In this document: positions 13,090-27,260 of the stretch, piece by piece
Numbering within the stretch: the first letter of the stretch is position 1
Layout: the number at the start of each line of letters is the position of its first letter
NCBI RefSeq assembly: GCF_000150275.1
Contig: NW_002060946.1
Span: 2,623,454-2,687,453 of the forward strand
Direction: 5' to 3'
From: Trichoplax adhaerens
Taxonomy: Eukaryota > Animalia > Placozoa
DNA length: 64,000 nt
Program-made: the position numbers and the translations under genes
The notes under the pieces: model-generated
The model's input: only the letters and a program-made list of their open reading frames with translations
Told to the model about the DNA's origin: nothing
Databases searched by the model: none

Positions 13090-13350
13090 TGCAACATACT
13101 GTACAGTAATTTGGTACAGTAACTCTACGCCGTAGTAGAGTGCGCTAAACTGTTGGGTGTTGTTCGTTTAGGCATACTGTACAGTACTGTAGGTGTAACC
13201 TTGTACAGTACATACACTGTACGATACAGTACAGTACTGTAGCCTGTTTCTCTTCTTTTAGTGAGTCCCTGCTTGTACTGTACAGTACAGTACAGTACAG
13301 TACAGTACTGTATACAGTACTGTAGCGCTGGTCATCATGTACTGTAGCAT
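13090..13350. repeat. TACAG/TACTG pentamer cluster just upstream of the UBE2H start
   Basis: TGTACTG(TACAG)5TACTGTATACAGTACTGTAG at about 13274-13325 plus several TACTGTACAGTA palindromes. Confidence 0.88.
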
Positions 13351-13477
13351 ATTCGTATCAATCACTTGATATACCGTATTGTGGCTGCGCAGTAAGAGGA
13401 ATACTTACGTAGCGAAGTAAATTTATTCTCAATCGTCTCCTTACCAGCTTTATTTGATACCAGACGTCAATACTGCC

Positions 13478-16400
13478 ATGTCGTCACCATCTCCAGGGAA
13501 GAGACGCATCGATACGGATGTTTTAAAGCTGTATCCTTACGAATTTACGTTGATCATTTCAATTCGAATAGTCATGGCCAACTCTGCGATAGTATGATTA
13601 CATTATTGTGGAATAAAAATATACAGTAGAGTACACTAAAGTAAAGTTTGTCAATGTCAAGTAACGTTATGATTTTTCATAAATATTTCAATTGAGATTG
13701 TTTTCCTTGAAATTTTTTTTTGTTTTATGATGTCGTTACTTTGCATTACTTACTATTGGAATTTTTACAGTTTACTTGCTGATTTTATCCGTTATCCGTT
13801 TTTTTTAACAATGGTTCATCCATTTTAAACTGTATTTATCCTTAACCAGTAATGTATATTAGTATCGAAAGCAAGTACGAAGTTCATATACTAAATGGGA
13901 TCAATGACTTCTGGGTGAAGTTTCACGGCCCGTCCGGCAGTAAGTACAATATATTTCAGTATGATGATTTTAGTAGAAAGTTTGATAGTGACAAACACAG
14001 GAGAAGTTCTAGCATGGAATTGTTGGATATAGGATAATGTATCTACATGTATCATTGCTCAATTTTTCTGTGATAACCATTTTAACTTGCTAATGCTTTA
14101 AATATTGTTCGCTGAATATGTGTATCACAGGATGTTTTTATGCCAATTTTATATTATCTGATACATATAATTATCTCCTATTGAACTGCGGCACTAAAGA
14201 CTGAATGATTGTGCTCGGACTGGTACTCGATGGGCACATTCCACTATCGGCGATGTTCAATTAGACCTGACCTGACCCTAACCCTAACAGTTCAATACGC
14301 GTCACAGTACAGTTGTAGCTGAAGCAACTGCGATACGGTATCAGGGGTAGGGTGAAGAGCAGTAGGAACAGCCTACAGTATGAAGTCAATCATGGCTTCA
14401 ACTCTCGTAACACGTCGCCGTCCGTTTTTTATCATTTCCTTTGTAGTGTAGTGTATGGTACAAGACGTCCTGCTGTGGCCGCAAACTATTGTTCAGTGCT
14501 GTACCATACATTGACCTTCATGACCAGGACTGACTGACTAAAAATGGCAAGATTCGCTATCCACAGTAAACATCCATCAACAGTAGACAAAGTGCAATAC
14601 AAGATCATATTATTACATGTTGTGCGCCGCTACAATAACTGTCCAAAATACGCCCTTTGCTTAGTACTGATCACGCTACTATACTACTATAAATTCTCTA
14701 GTATAGTACAGTACGGTATTATCGGTATCAAACACACCGGCATTGAGCACCCAGATGTTGACATTATCCATTTTTATTTGACCACTCTTGAAGTAGCAAA
14801 CCTTGCAGTTATTTGTTAAATTTCGAGGACTTTGCCTTCGAATTCTAATTAATTAATGAAGGGAATGTACGGCTAGTCATAATTGAGCGTTTTTTTCTCA
14901 ATATGATTGCCGTTTTACTGCAGCATGGATATCTTCTACATTGATACAATTTTAGAAATGTTGTGAGATTCCAACGAACTCCGGTGGTACCCTCACTATG
15001 AGTTGGCTATGATACGTATAGATAAATAGTATAATCAACGGAAATACAAAACTGTAACCCAAAATTGAGTAGTTTTGACCTATAGAATAATCTAGATAGA
15101 TAGACTGTAATATTCCATGCATTTTACTCCATCAGATTGAGTCAATCGAGTAACACGTTTATTGTAACAGCTGCAGTCTACTTGGTATAATGCTTAATTA
15201 TTCTGAATTTCCTTGATTACTGCAAATATTGAGATTGAACTGAGCTTCAATTTATATGGATACAGACTAGAATCTACGGTATAGGATGGCTTACACCTGC
15301 TCAAAGGGTATTGTATCGCATTATTCTGGATAGTGGAAAGTGATAATGCTTGCGTCAGGGCGTTGTAATCGACGCATAATTTTTCTCATTTTTCATCTGC
15401 ATTCGACAACAATGTCATGAGGACTTGATCAGTCGTTTTTGGAAATATTTTCAAGCTCTTAAGTACCAATTCAAAGGTCATCTGTTTACTTTTACTGACG
15501 TGATACTAAAAAAAGTAAAGTAAACTGCTTGCTATCTTACGCTGATGAGGGTATATTCCAATGTGATATACTATACTGTTGCGTTGACACCTTTTTGGCT
15601 AGCGTTCAATTTGTTATTGCATGAGCTAGGTACGTTACTTTGATACTCAAACTAATTTCTACAGATACTTTACGAGTACTTTGATCTCCCAATAGAATAG
15701 AATCATAATTAAGGAGATAAACTTCAACACTGATAGATTACCAAAGATACCCTACATCAGGACTATACTATTTCACTACGATATTATCATCATACTTACA
15801 TGATATACGATTATGCATATACTGTACAGTACCTTGATGTAGCCACTTGTCGGTATCTAAATAATTCAGTACGATGAAAACAAGGAAGTAATCACCACGT
15901 TGATTGTGCGCAACTGTATATCAATGCCATGCGATCTGGGCGAAAATAAAAGTTATTGTAGTACTTATTATTCTGTGCTTTCATCTTGAACATACAGTAG
16001 CTTATAGTTTGGGTATACAGTATATAGGGATTTGTTGGCCTATAAGTTGCATTTATTCGAATCTATGTGGCATTCTGTTCTTACTATAATGAGATCCGTG
16101 CGAATGTCATGCTAGATACACTATACGCTGAGATTTAAAATTAAGTTAGTTTAAATTTAAACTTTAAAGATAGATACCATCCAGTTATACATTTCATCGT
16201 GGCTATTTCGTTAGCCTGAAAACGAGTAAAACATCAGTGATATGGACAACGGGAAATACAAATTATTTCTTATCGGATAGACTCATACGTGCATATCTAG
16301 TAGTTCGTAGTTGAACAGACAGATTTGGTGCTTAAATTGTAAAATTTTAATAGATGCTATTATTAAGTTGATAAATTGCTTAAGACTGCAAAATGAAGTA

Positions 16401-18234
16401 ATGCTTTACCAATCACTAACATACTATATATATATATATATTTTCATTTTTTAGCACCATATGAAGGAGGCGTATGGAAAGTGCATGTTTTACTACCAGA
16501 AAGTTATCCTTTTAAATCTCCGTCCATAGGTAATGTCTTAGATATATATATCGATGTCATGATTATGATATATTTTAGCTTTGAAACATGGTAAAAAATA
16601 TCTTAAATGCATAAAAGCTAATTACAATGTACAGTACTTTCACACCATAGTTTTGTACTACTCAATAGTCGTGTTACAGGAGGATGATCTGTTGTTCCAA
16701 TAATACGAAAGTTGTTATTACTTGACTTTAAGAAATGATAGCTTGACAGTACACTAATTTTAACTGTTACCTATATTTCATCTATCTTAGATCTCAATAT
16801 ACCCTTTTACTTATTGTTACAATAATAATCATCTTATTAATTATAAATATTTATATTTATCCTTAGGTTTTATGAACAGAATTTATCACCCTAATATTGA
16901 TGAATCGTAAGTGAAATGAGTATTTTGTGTATGCTGCTATAATTCCCATATACAGTTATTATTGAATAAATCAGATTAAATCTCACATCTAGTGGCTTTA
17001 TAGATAATACCACTGTTTAGATTTAAAAGTTAGCGGGGTATACAGTATATATTTATAATTTATGCATCAATCTAGAAACTACACTTGAAGATAATCTTCA
17101 GTTGATAGTATCGGCAATATAATTATTGTAAGATCATAAATTGATTTTTACACTTCCTACTTAAATTATGTCTCTGAATCTTCTAACATTAGTTATAACG
17201 GTCTTTTATTGACTGTTATATCGTATTCATGAAGTTGAACCGTCGGGATAGTTTTATCCTAAGCTTTAAATTACATTACTGCATGGTTAATTAATTAATT
17301 AATTAATTGTAAAGTTATAAAGAATGATGATATCTATTTGGAATAATATTCCTTCTTTATTACACTTTTCTGTCAACTTGTCATTAGTGTATGGATTAAC
17401 GTATAATGCATAACAATACTAAAAGTGCTATATGTGCATATCAACCTGCTAAACTAGTTGTGAAGTGATAATATTTAAATTACTGAAGAAGTAATTGTTA
17501 TTGTATAAATCTCTTAGTAATACTGGCTCTTGATATTTTAATTATTATTTCGTAAAGGTCAGGAACAGTTTGTTTAGATGTAATTAATCAGGAGTGGACG
17601 GCTCTATACGGTAAGTCGGCTCACCTTTTATGTTGGTTGCAATGATAAAAGATATTACAATTTTTTATATTGAAGCGCAATTTAGTGTAGATATCTATTC
17701 GTCAAGATATTATTAATTGGCTTGCTAGTACGTAAATTTTATTTTTAAGCTGTTTACCTTGCGGTAGTATCAGATAATAATACTCACCCTAATTAATATT
17801 ATTTTCACTATTTTCTGTATTTCTAAACACTATAATCTATAAAAAATGGTGATGTTTTTAAAATTGCAGACCTATCAAATATTTTTGAAACATTCCTACC
17901 ACAATTACTCGCGTATCCTAATTCAAGCGATCCATTAAATACTGAAGCTTCTCGATTACAAATGCATAAGCCAGAAGAATATTTTAATAAAGTTAATGGT
18001 AATGTATCATTTTTTTAAAGCTTCGCTTATTATTCCATAATATATAGCGTATTGATATACTGACTCAATTGTTGCTATACTCTTTTTTCAGAGCATGTAA
18101 AGAAATACGCATCTGAAGAAGCTTTTCGAGGCACAGATGTACGATCCTATATTAACGCAGACGAAGAATCATCTAGTGAGAGCGAGTTATCTGATTTATC
18201 AGAAGAAGATGAGGCACAAGACATGGAACTATAG
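13478..18234 (+). CDS. UBE2H: Ubiquitin-conjugating enzyme E2 H; exons 13478-13530, 13863-13939, 16455-16529, 16867-16906, 17558-17610, 17870-17998, 18092-18234
   Basis: [25 protein letters not shown]...[71 protein letters not shown]...acidic tail EDEAQDMEL*. Confidence 0.98.
13531..13862 (+). other. U12-type GT-AG intron 1 of UBE2H
   Basis: 5' splice site GTATCCTTA at 13531; canonical branch TCCTTAAC at 13839-13846, 16 nt before the AG at 13861-13862. Confidence 0.92.
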
Positions 18235-20187
18235 CTGTTACTCAAAGGACAAAATATATATATATAGAATTTGATTGTTATTATAATTATGACCATTATT
18301 ATTACTAATATTATTATTATTTACTATAGTGCCGGTACTGTTAACAATTATTGTATCTAGCAAAGTTCTATGATGTATTTGATTGTGGTTAGGATGTAAA
18401 ATGTTACTGAATCGCATGATGGCTAACTCATTTTTTCGACTAGTAATGAATGCACGTTAGCCATGTTACCTAACTGTCTTCGATATTCTTAATTGATTAA
18501 GTAGAATATAAGCTATGGAAATTCAGATATAGATTAATTTAATAATCTATACATATAGTAACGATGAAAATTTTGTCTGTTTTATTTTAACGATCTCAAT
18601 CCTGGTCTACGATTTTTGTTGATTTACTATAATAATCCTAAGTTGTAATAATTAATAGATATTTTTAATCTCTCTTTATTCATTTTTAAATTGGCTCTCG
18701 TACTCATGTAAGTAATTATCCAATACCTACTTTATATTCAAATTTTTCGAATTGGTTGGTGTACATGTTTCCAGACGTGTTATTTTTTGGCTAAGCGTGT
18801 ATATTGGATTACGGTGCAGTAATCGTGCTTATGTCAAATGCTAACTTATGGGTGTTAGCTCCTCTGGTGTTTCTACTGATATTAACTAGCGGTACACATG
18901 TCCTTAATTTTCTCGTGTTATGTTTGTTACTGTATTGTTTGATCCATGATTTTGTATACTGTATCTATTATTATATTGCAACAATTTGGCACATGTAGCT
19001 GTGAACTTTTGAATATTTCTTTGCTATGAAGGACAATTGTAGTCTGTATTTATTACAGGCATTATAGGTATAGATGAATGTACTAACATTTATTAACTAA
19101 TTTTAGATTGAATATATTGGTGTAAAGCAATAACTTACATAATTTCAGTACTTGTCATAAGAATGCTGACAATTATTATTGTTCATCTTAATAGTGCAAA
19201 TACTATTTGTCGCACAAGCTTAATTATTAATTCTGGCCAAAGACGTGATTTGCATAAATTAAGTTTTCTTTACGTATACTTACTTCTAGCTCACGCTTTA
19301 CTGGAACTTGTAAGCCTATTATGTGTATTAGCTCCAATTACATCTGTTGTTCTGAATCAGTTCACTGTATAAGTTGTGCATTGGTTAAGCTTATTGTACA
19401 ATATCGGTCGTGCTCAGATATTAGCACGGCTGTATGTTGGTTGTAGCGTATTAATAAATTTATTCAATAAAGAGTATCTGCAACATTGTTATCGAAACAC
19501 ATATTTATCATGCCAATTATAATAAGGTCACTTAGAAAAGATTTATGTTTCCATTCAAAATTGATGTTTACGACAATGTATGCAAACGGGTACTACTTTG
19601 CATTACAATTTTATTTCATCTTATCCGTCGAGAGATATAAGAGATGGTAAATCAGAAGAAATACATGGTATATCGTATATGAATATAAAACAAAAAATTT
19701 TCAATCAGTTAGTCAAGCTAAAGGGTATTCCAATACTACAGTAGACTTGGTATATTTGAGAGTAAGATAGTTTCCGATATGTCGTTGCTTCTGCTACAAT
19801 TTTAATAAGTCAGTTGATAAAATCTAGTCAAATGTATGTTATAGTTATACCAGTATCTAAATGTTTACGTACAGTAATATCATATCAACCTGATCAGAAT
19901 ATTCTGGAAGTCACTTACTAATAACAAGTCAATAACTACCTTAGATACTCGTACATAACCGAGAGTCTACTTAGGTAAGGATAGGAAGTACATTGTACAT
20001 TTAGTAGCATATTTTTGTAATTATAAAAGTTTTGGAAGGTGTACTTTGCCGCTCACAAAAGGAATATACAGTAATATGGCAGTGACAGTTTGAGCGACAT
20101 AATGCTCTATTTTTCAAATAGAACGCTTCTTAACGAAGGTGATCTGTATGCTTCTGAAAACTACAGCTTGATTGAGTGTTATAACGA

Positions 20188-23100
20188 TCAGTGGGTCTCA
20201 TATTCTTTCCAACGAGCCTTTCCTTGATACATATGCCAAGCTTTATTAAAGTGACCGATCAAATGATTCGGCAAATGAAGTTGCAACATGCTTTTTGTAG
20301 CTGGAGTATGGAAATTGGTTCTGATAGCTCTTGTAATCGAATTAACTGTGCATTCTTGAAGGGATGGGACAGTTAGCCAGCATCGCAAGAATGACGAAGA
20401 GCGGGTAACCTCTCTGTCACACAAGAAATTAAGATATCAGTTACTTGGACATAGTAGGAAGCAAGCTTCGTCATTCGTAGAAACTTGTATCACGCTATGA
20501 CTAGTCGATACTTTACCGTGTCTCATCGTTAGGGATACAGCCACCATGTATAAATAGACATCCAGACTAGCGAGAATAGTTCATTTTAAAGAATTAATAA
20601 CGTGAAAGCTATTAAAACTGTACTCAAATCAGCCAATTAACGAAAGATAATATTTAGAGTTTAGAATCTACAGCCAAGAAAGTTCTTACTTCCTGACAAC
20701 AATATAATTAGTGTATCGTGAATATCTACTTACTGAATTATCGCTTCGGAGTGACCTCTGTAACGCAATAGCATGAAAAAACATTGCATCCGGTAAGGTT
20801 ATGTCTAATTTTGACCATTGAAAATTGATTACATCAAGTACCCAGAAGTCATCAAAAGCGGTTCGTTCATTGAAGCCTCCGCACATATAGATCCCTAAAA
20901 GTCGTCCAGAGTAAAATAATATTTCATATTTTTATAATAGCTACATCGAGTGAATTATATAACAACTTTACTTTTATTAAATAAGACGCAGCCATGACAA
21001 CATCTAGGTTCAGGAAAATCTAACGAAATATGTAACATAAAGGATAATAATTAGAGCGATAATAACACCATCGGCAATTTGAAAGGAAAGCTTACCAAAT
21101 GATATAGAAGGTATACACTTGTGACTCTTCCACTGCAAGGAGTCGTAATGAAAGCTATGTATCTACCATAGTATCAGTTTTAATTTGATAGTGAGTTCTT
21201 CATTTAAATTATACATGATCAATTAAACAAAGATTACATAACTTAATTATGATATTTCTGTTATTGCACCTCCTCAAAACTCATATAAGAACCGAGTGTC
21301 GCTCCTCCGAGGATATAGAAGCATTCTTCGTCACCGACAACTTCATGCCGATATCTGTGATAGCACAAAAGCAATTTGGAATTATGTAAATTAACTTTTA
21401 CCTGATTTTACTGTTAGTGTTAAATTACAACGTATGGATTTTACTATGACTATACGAGCATGTTTGTTTTTTTGGAACCTTTCAGAAGGTGTATTCACAA
21501 CATGTGGCATTCTTTCAAACACATAATCTTTGCGACGAAACCGATACAGATCATCATGAAAGGTTAGACCGGTAGTTCCACCAAAAATGTAGATGTAGCC
21601 ATCATTTCCTTTAATCATGCTCTTTATAATGTTATAGATAAAATAAAAATGTGTATGAGAATTATACATACTTCATAAGTATGATACAATACCATCAAGT
21701 TAAGAGAGATGATTTTATAGCGGTATCTACTGCTAACATTTTAGATAATGGATTTTATTGGCTAGCAAAGTATACAAGGCATTAGTTGATATCACATATT
21801 GTTAGAAATATCACCCAGTTTAACAAATATTAAAAAAGTAAAGCGCGTAGACTCAATTTAGGTTTTCTTTTAAATATTTATCATAAATGTACTACAAATA
21901 TCATTGGATGTGGCTTCAACCTTCAGGATATTAACACATAATCAAGAGTCATCTAACGTGAATTAGTACGATAAATACTCTCAAACCTGTCCATATCGTG
22001 GAGACGGGGTTGCATTTTTACATTGTATTTTTCGCCAGATCTTCTCCTTAAGGTTAAGTGTATGCAGGATATTGCTGTTGCATCTTCCAAATGGCACTTT
22101 ATTACAACACGTTTTAAAGGTAGAATATAAATGGATCAATAGTAAGTAATTGTAAAGTCAAATCAGCGTCGATAATTGCATTACGTCTAGGTTAAGTGGA
22201 TCATTATTACATGAGAACTAAAATATTATTAAAATATTTTATAACATGCATGAAAGCATTTATTCGTTTCTGGATAGTAGCATATACAAACATACGTCCA
22301 GATCCTCCAAAAACCATTAAGGTATCACCATCTATTATCACTATAAAAATCACCAATATTAGTTATAGAAAAAACAGTAAAATGGCCTTGACATATCACT
22401 AAGCTACAGATCACAGTAAATAGCACAACAAAAGCATTGACTATGCCTGATTATACGTTTACTTACTCGCATAGATCGAAATTACTGTATTTGCATGACG
22501 ATATTGACAATATACTGTAATGTCAAAAGCACATTATTGGCTAGTGAGATATACTTCATACATACTTGATGCAGAAGCAACACAATTTGGTGGATCACCA
22601 TCAGTCTCAAGCATGCTCCATGTATTAGTAATTATGTCATATTCCCAAACCTATATTTATCGAAAATAATAGTATTAACCACGACAGTATAAGCTTTTAA
22701 ATGAGTACGGTAGAATAAGTGAACTCAGATAAACAATAAATTTTTATCATAAAGTGTTACGAGTTGCTGTATCCATGTTGTACTCTTACTAATACATATA
22801 CAGTGTAAGACAAACTCATTAATTAGAAGCTGCCAAAACGCAGACAGCAAAGTTAAATTAATGTACTTACGAGCATGATAGCCCTACCTACAAGTGTTTA
22901 AGACAAACATAGACGAATAATATAGCCATCGATCAATTTACTGCATACTACCATTTATGCTTTTGAAAATCTGTAATATTGTACATGATAGTACGCATAT
23001 ACAGTAGAAAAAATGTAGCTCTAACTCTTCATTAGGCATTCATCTCATTGCGAATATCTTTTTATGTCTTTTTTTCAGCAATTTAATAATTTCACGAACC

Positions 23101-25438
23101 TCCTTATATAGAACATCAACCGGTCGATACCCTCCAAATAGGTAGATTTTGGTTGCTGTCGCTACCATTCTATGCCCACTGCGTCTTCCCGGCTGTAGAT
23201 CTAAAAAGAAAATTTTTAAACTGTTTTAAGTGTCTTGTATATCAACGCACGAACTAACATCTCCATAGAGACTAGTAATTATAGAAGTTCGCTGATTATT
23301 CGATTGATGAGATATCAATTATCTGATTAATGGATCTAACGTTGGAGATTGTAACGGTTTTATGTCAAGTCTTTATTTGAGCGCCTGTCCTGCTCCTTAC
23401 TCTTACACATGCAACAACACCAACTGGCCTTTTATCTAGTGATTATATAAGTCGTATATCAAACGTTATCATACTGTACTATCTATCCCTAATACCTTAA
23501 TACGATATTCATATCTAAAGCATATCAAGTCATAAGCAACACATTTTATACTATGTACCACATGAATGCACATACAATGATGTATACCGTCACAGAGATA
23601 GGAAAGTTATGATATATACTCTCCATTGACTGCTAAAAGGCGCTATATAATAACATTAAAATTATTTCTAGACTCAGTTAATAAATGAAGGTGCTCAGTA
23701 GAAAGAAAATGGAGCACTTCCATACTGCTCTAATGAAAGTCAGTGAAAGCATAATTCTAGGGATGATCGCTAGTCAGATTAGTTATAATATTAGGGTAGT
23801 TTTGATAACGTTATGTACCGCTAGCTGATACTTGAGCCTACAGTACTACATACTCCACTTTGCAATAAATAGGGCAATCAAAAATAATGGATCATGCTAC
23901 AATGGATTACACACTTTATTGGAAGATAGCGTTTTCTTATATAAAGTTTTGATATTATTTCATTGGTATGTCACTTTAGTTACCAACACTTGGACTAATT
24001 ATATAATTACACATCCATTACCTTATATAATGTACCTAGGCGTGAGAATACAGATATATTGCAGATGTGTGTAGGTGTAGTATGGGAAAGAGAATCATTT
24101 GGTACAATACAACATCGTAATGCCTAGGACAGGTTTTATTTCCTGTGCACAGATATTCCGTCAAAAGGGTAATAGATAACTAGTCGTCTACAGTAGTATA
24201 GAGAAATTCTCCTTTGATGTAGAAAATGATCTAACTAAAAGTTGGTATTACGTATATACAATGAACAAAATTTGGCCTTTTTATCTTAAGTATTGGCATC
24301 AGAGACGCAATCATGGCATTCTATGGTAGAACAATATACAAGATATTAATTAACATAGAAGAATTGTACTAGTCTATTGCAACAGTAATTCTGTAATTGT
24401 TACAATATATGTACAGTTTTGTAGTAAAATTAAGAAAATGAGTAGCATGAATTTTCAGTTGTTTAAATTTTTTATAAGGTACCTTTGCTGTTTATTCTAT
24501 TCATAACGTGTAAAAAGCAATAGCAAATATCTTGGGATTATGAATATAGGCCTGATTTTCAATACTTAAGCAAAACCAATACTATTAAGCAGAATTTTGA
24601 TTGCGATTTGGTTATCGTGATTGATTCTACAGTATACGCGTACAATCAGGTTATAATTAAGTTACGACAGGGGAGGGAGGATAAAAAAATCTGCAAAGCG
24701 TTAAAATACTCTTAATGGTGTATGATTTCGATCTGGCTTTGTCAAAGCGAATATTTCATCATCAATCACATCAAACCTTCCTACCCTATCCTAATCCTTG
24801 CACGATGGCCATGTCTAGTAGAATAGGGTAAAAACTTGACGTACTGTAACTCTGTAAGTAAGAGAACTGTAGAATGCTAAAGTACACATTTAGATAAACA
24901 ATGATCACGATGATTGAATGTACGATGTGGAGAAAGTAGCGAGAGAACACTTTACTACGTTGTTGCTGAATTTTCATTTTTTTTAGCGTTTAGCCTTGAG
25001 ATTTGATACTATACAGTAGTATAAATAAATCAGTTATTAGGAGAAATTGGCTGAAGATACTATGGATACTATAATATGTACGTTGACGTCCATTTCAACT
25101 GGGTAGTTAAGGTTATAAAGTCTAAAGTCTGTGTCGGTGCCGGGTGACAGATTGACTTGAAGATGTACTGCCATGGTAACTACAATAGTATTGACTTCTA
25201 TGTTGATCAGTATTCCTAAATACTGGATTTTCCCAGTAGTTTTGCTATTCATAGTAGGCTAGAGAATATCATCAGTTTCTGGTCATTGAATAAAATCAAG
25301 ACGTTATTTTTGAAATGTTCAACGCAATAGAAGAGCCTATGTACATTACAATTTTAACGGCAGTAACGGTAAAAGTGCACGATGTTGCACTTAAAGTACC
25401 AGTTTACCTGTATGGATAAGGGTAACCTCGGTTGGCAT
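20188..25438 (-). CDS. KLHDC10: Kelch domain-containing protein 10 (multi-exon)
   Basis: Exons give PGRRSGHRMVA...YLFGGY, LMVFGGSGLPFG, PSPRYGQ, IYIFGGTTG, RYRHE, ICGGFN...FFHA, GCLFIHGG, CWLTVPSLQE, matching KLHDC10; the first exon 25408-25438 (MPTEVTLIHT) joins in phase but is less certain. Confidence 0.92.
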
Positions 25439-25844
25439 CTTGAACTACCAGTTGAAAGCGATGAATCCTGTCACTGTCTCTATTTTATCATTGATTGAGT
25501 AAGATTTAAGAGCAGTTTACCTTGCTGAAACAATAATAATATTACTGTAAAATTGGCAAGAAGAAATGTTGTTTAAATGGCTGTCTGTCGCTGCTTCCGT
25601 CTGATAGCGCAGTTGGTAGACCACTTTGAAGTGCCCCTATCCAAGCTTTCACCAAAGCAACTGAACAGGAAATCGATGGGCTATTATGCACTGTAGCTGT
25701 AGCGCGATATCGATACGCGTACAGTGCATCGAGCATCATGATTTGACTGACAGTGCTCGAGTTTCCTCTTCGCTTTACAGACTGCACTGTACAGTATACA
25801 ACTACCGGCAGGACGGACGTTCGTTGCTCAACACAGGTATTGTT

Positions 25845-26527
25845 GTACACTAGCCCTGGTTAAAATACTGTACAGTGCAGACTATGGGCTAAGATATTGG
25901 CGGAATACCAAGAAGAAACCTCACAAATTGCAGATGGAGGCTGGAAGGGAAATTTTAGTTGTACACTAGCCCAGGTTAAAATACAGTGCAGACTATGAAC
26001 TACGATATTGGTGGAATAGTAAGAAGAAACCTCAAAAATTGCAGATGGAGGCTGGAAGGGAAATTTTAGTTGTACACTAGCCCAGGTTAAAATACAGTGC
26101 AGACTATGAACTACGATATTGGCGGAATACCAAGAAGAAACCTCACAAATTGCAGATGGAGGCTGGAAGGGAAATTTTAGTTGTGCACTAGCCCAGGTTA
26201 AAATACAGTGCAGACTATAGACTACGATATTGGCGGAATAGTAAGAAGAAACCTCAAAAATTGCAGATGGAGGCTGGAAGGGAAATTTTAGTTGTACACT
26301 AGCCCAGGTTAAAATACAGTGCAGACTATGAACTACGATATTGGCGGAATACCAAGAAGAAACCTCACAAATTGCAGATGGAGGCTGGAAGGGAAATTTT
26401 AGTTGTGCACTAGCCCAGGTTAAAATACAGTGCAGACTATAGACTACGATATTGGCGGAATACCAAGAAGAAACCTCACAAATTGCAGATGGAGGCTGGA
26501 AGGGAAATTTTAGTTGTACACTAGCCC
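25845..26527. repeat. Tandem array, 111-bp unit, 6 copies plus a partial
   Basis: GT(A/G)CACTAGCCC recurs at 25845, 25961, 26072, 26183, 26294, 26405, 26516; the first unit has a 5-bp insertion. Confidence 0.97.
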
Positions 26528-27260
26528 ATTAATGGAATTGAAATTACGGTTATTAAAATGAAATTATTTGGCAGATTTTGAAGTACAGTTGCGAAGTTGG
26601 CGGCAATTGCGCTCAAATTATGTTTACAATATCCAGTACAGTGTAGACGGCATGCTATACAAATAGTTTTAGACGAGGAGGAATAACGTACTTGAAATGT
26701 TGGTACTAGAATGTTCTGGATTGGAACACAGCATGGAAAATTGGCTTGGACACAACTTGAATTTCGCTTTGATTTAGCTGTCATCTCATGCAGAGCTCCA
26801 TAGATGTATAATGTACACGTACTCTACCTTCAGTGCACCTATGATTTGTTTATCAATGAAAAAATAATTTATTAACTACAGTAACTGCACAACTTTGGAT
26901 GTGCAAAGTAGATCTATTACTTCCATATCTCGTGCATGAACTCGGAACAAATACACAATAAAATCGAAGTCTACAGCTTGTAAACAGTACTCCTTCATTA
27001 AAATAACGGTACTGTGCAGTAATGCAAAACGTTGACAAATGACAATTTGTGCAAAAAACATTTACCACCATACAATAACAAGAACATGCACGGAGTTGGA
27101 GCTCAACATGCTCTCCATCATAGCGCTTCCATCGTTGGACGCTTAAAGTGAAATCTTCATTAACATCATATAGTATTATCTGCGCAATAGTGCGCAGATT
27201 TCATTCTATACAAAATTTTAAAATACACAAGTCCTCACGGCAATCGCGATGATAGACCAG

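Noticed and set aside
25167-25180. RFX X-box-like ACTGCCATGGTAAC in KLHDC10 intron 1
   Set aside because: Only one good half-site and a single occurrence, so it is not supportable alone
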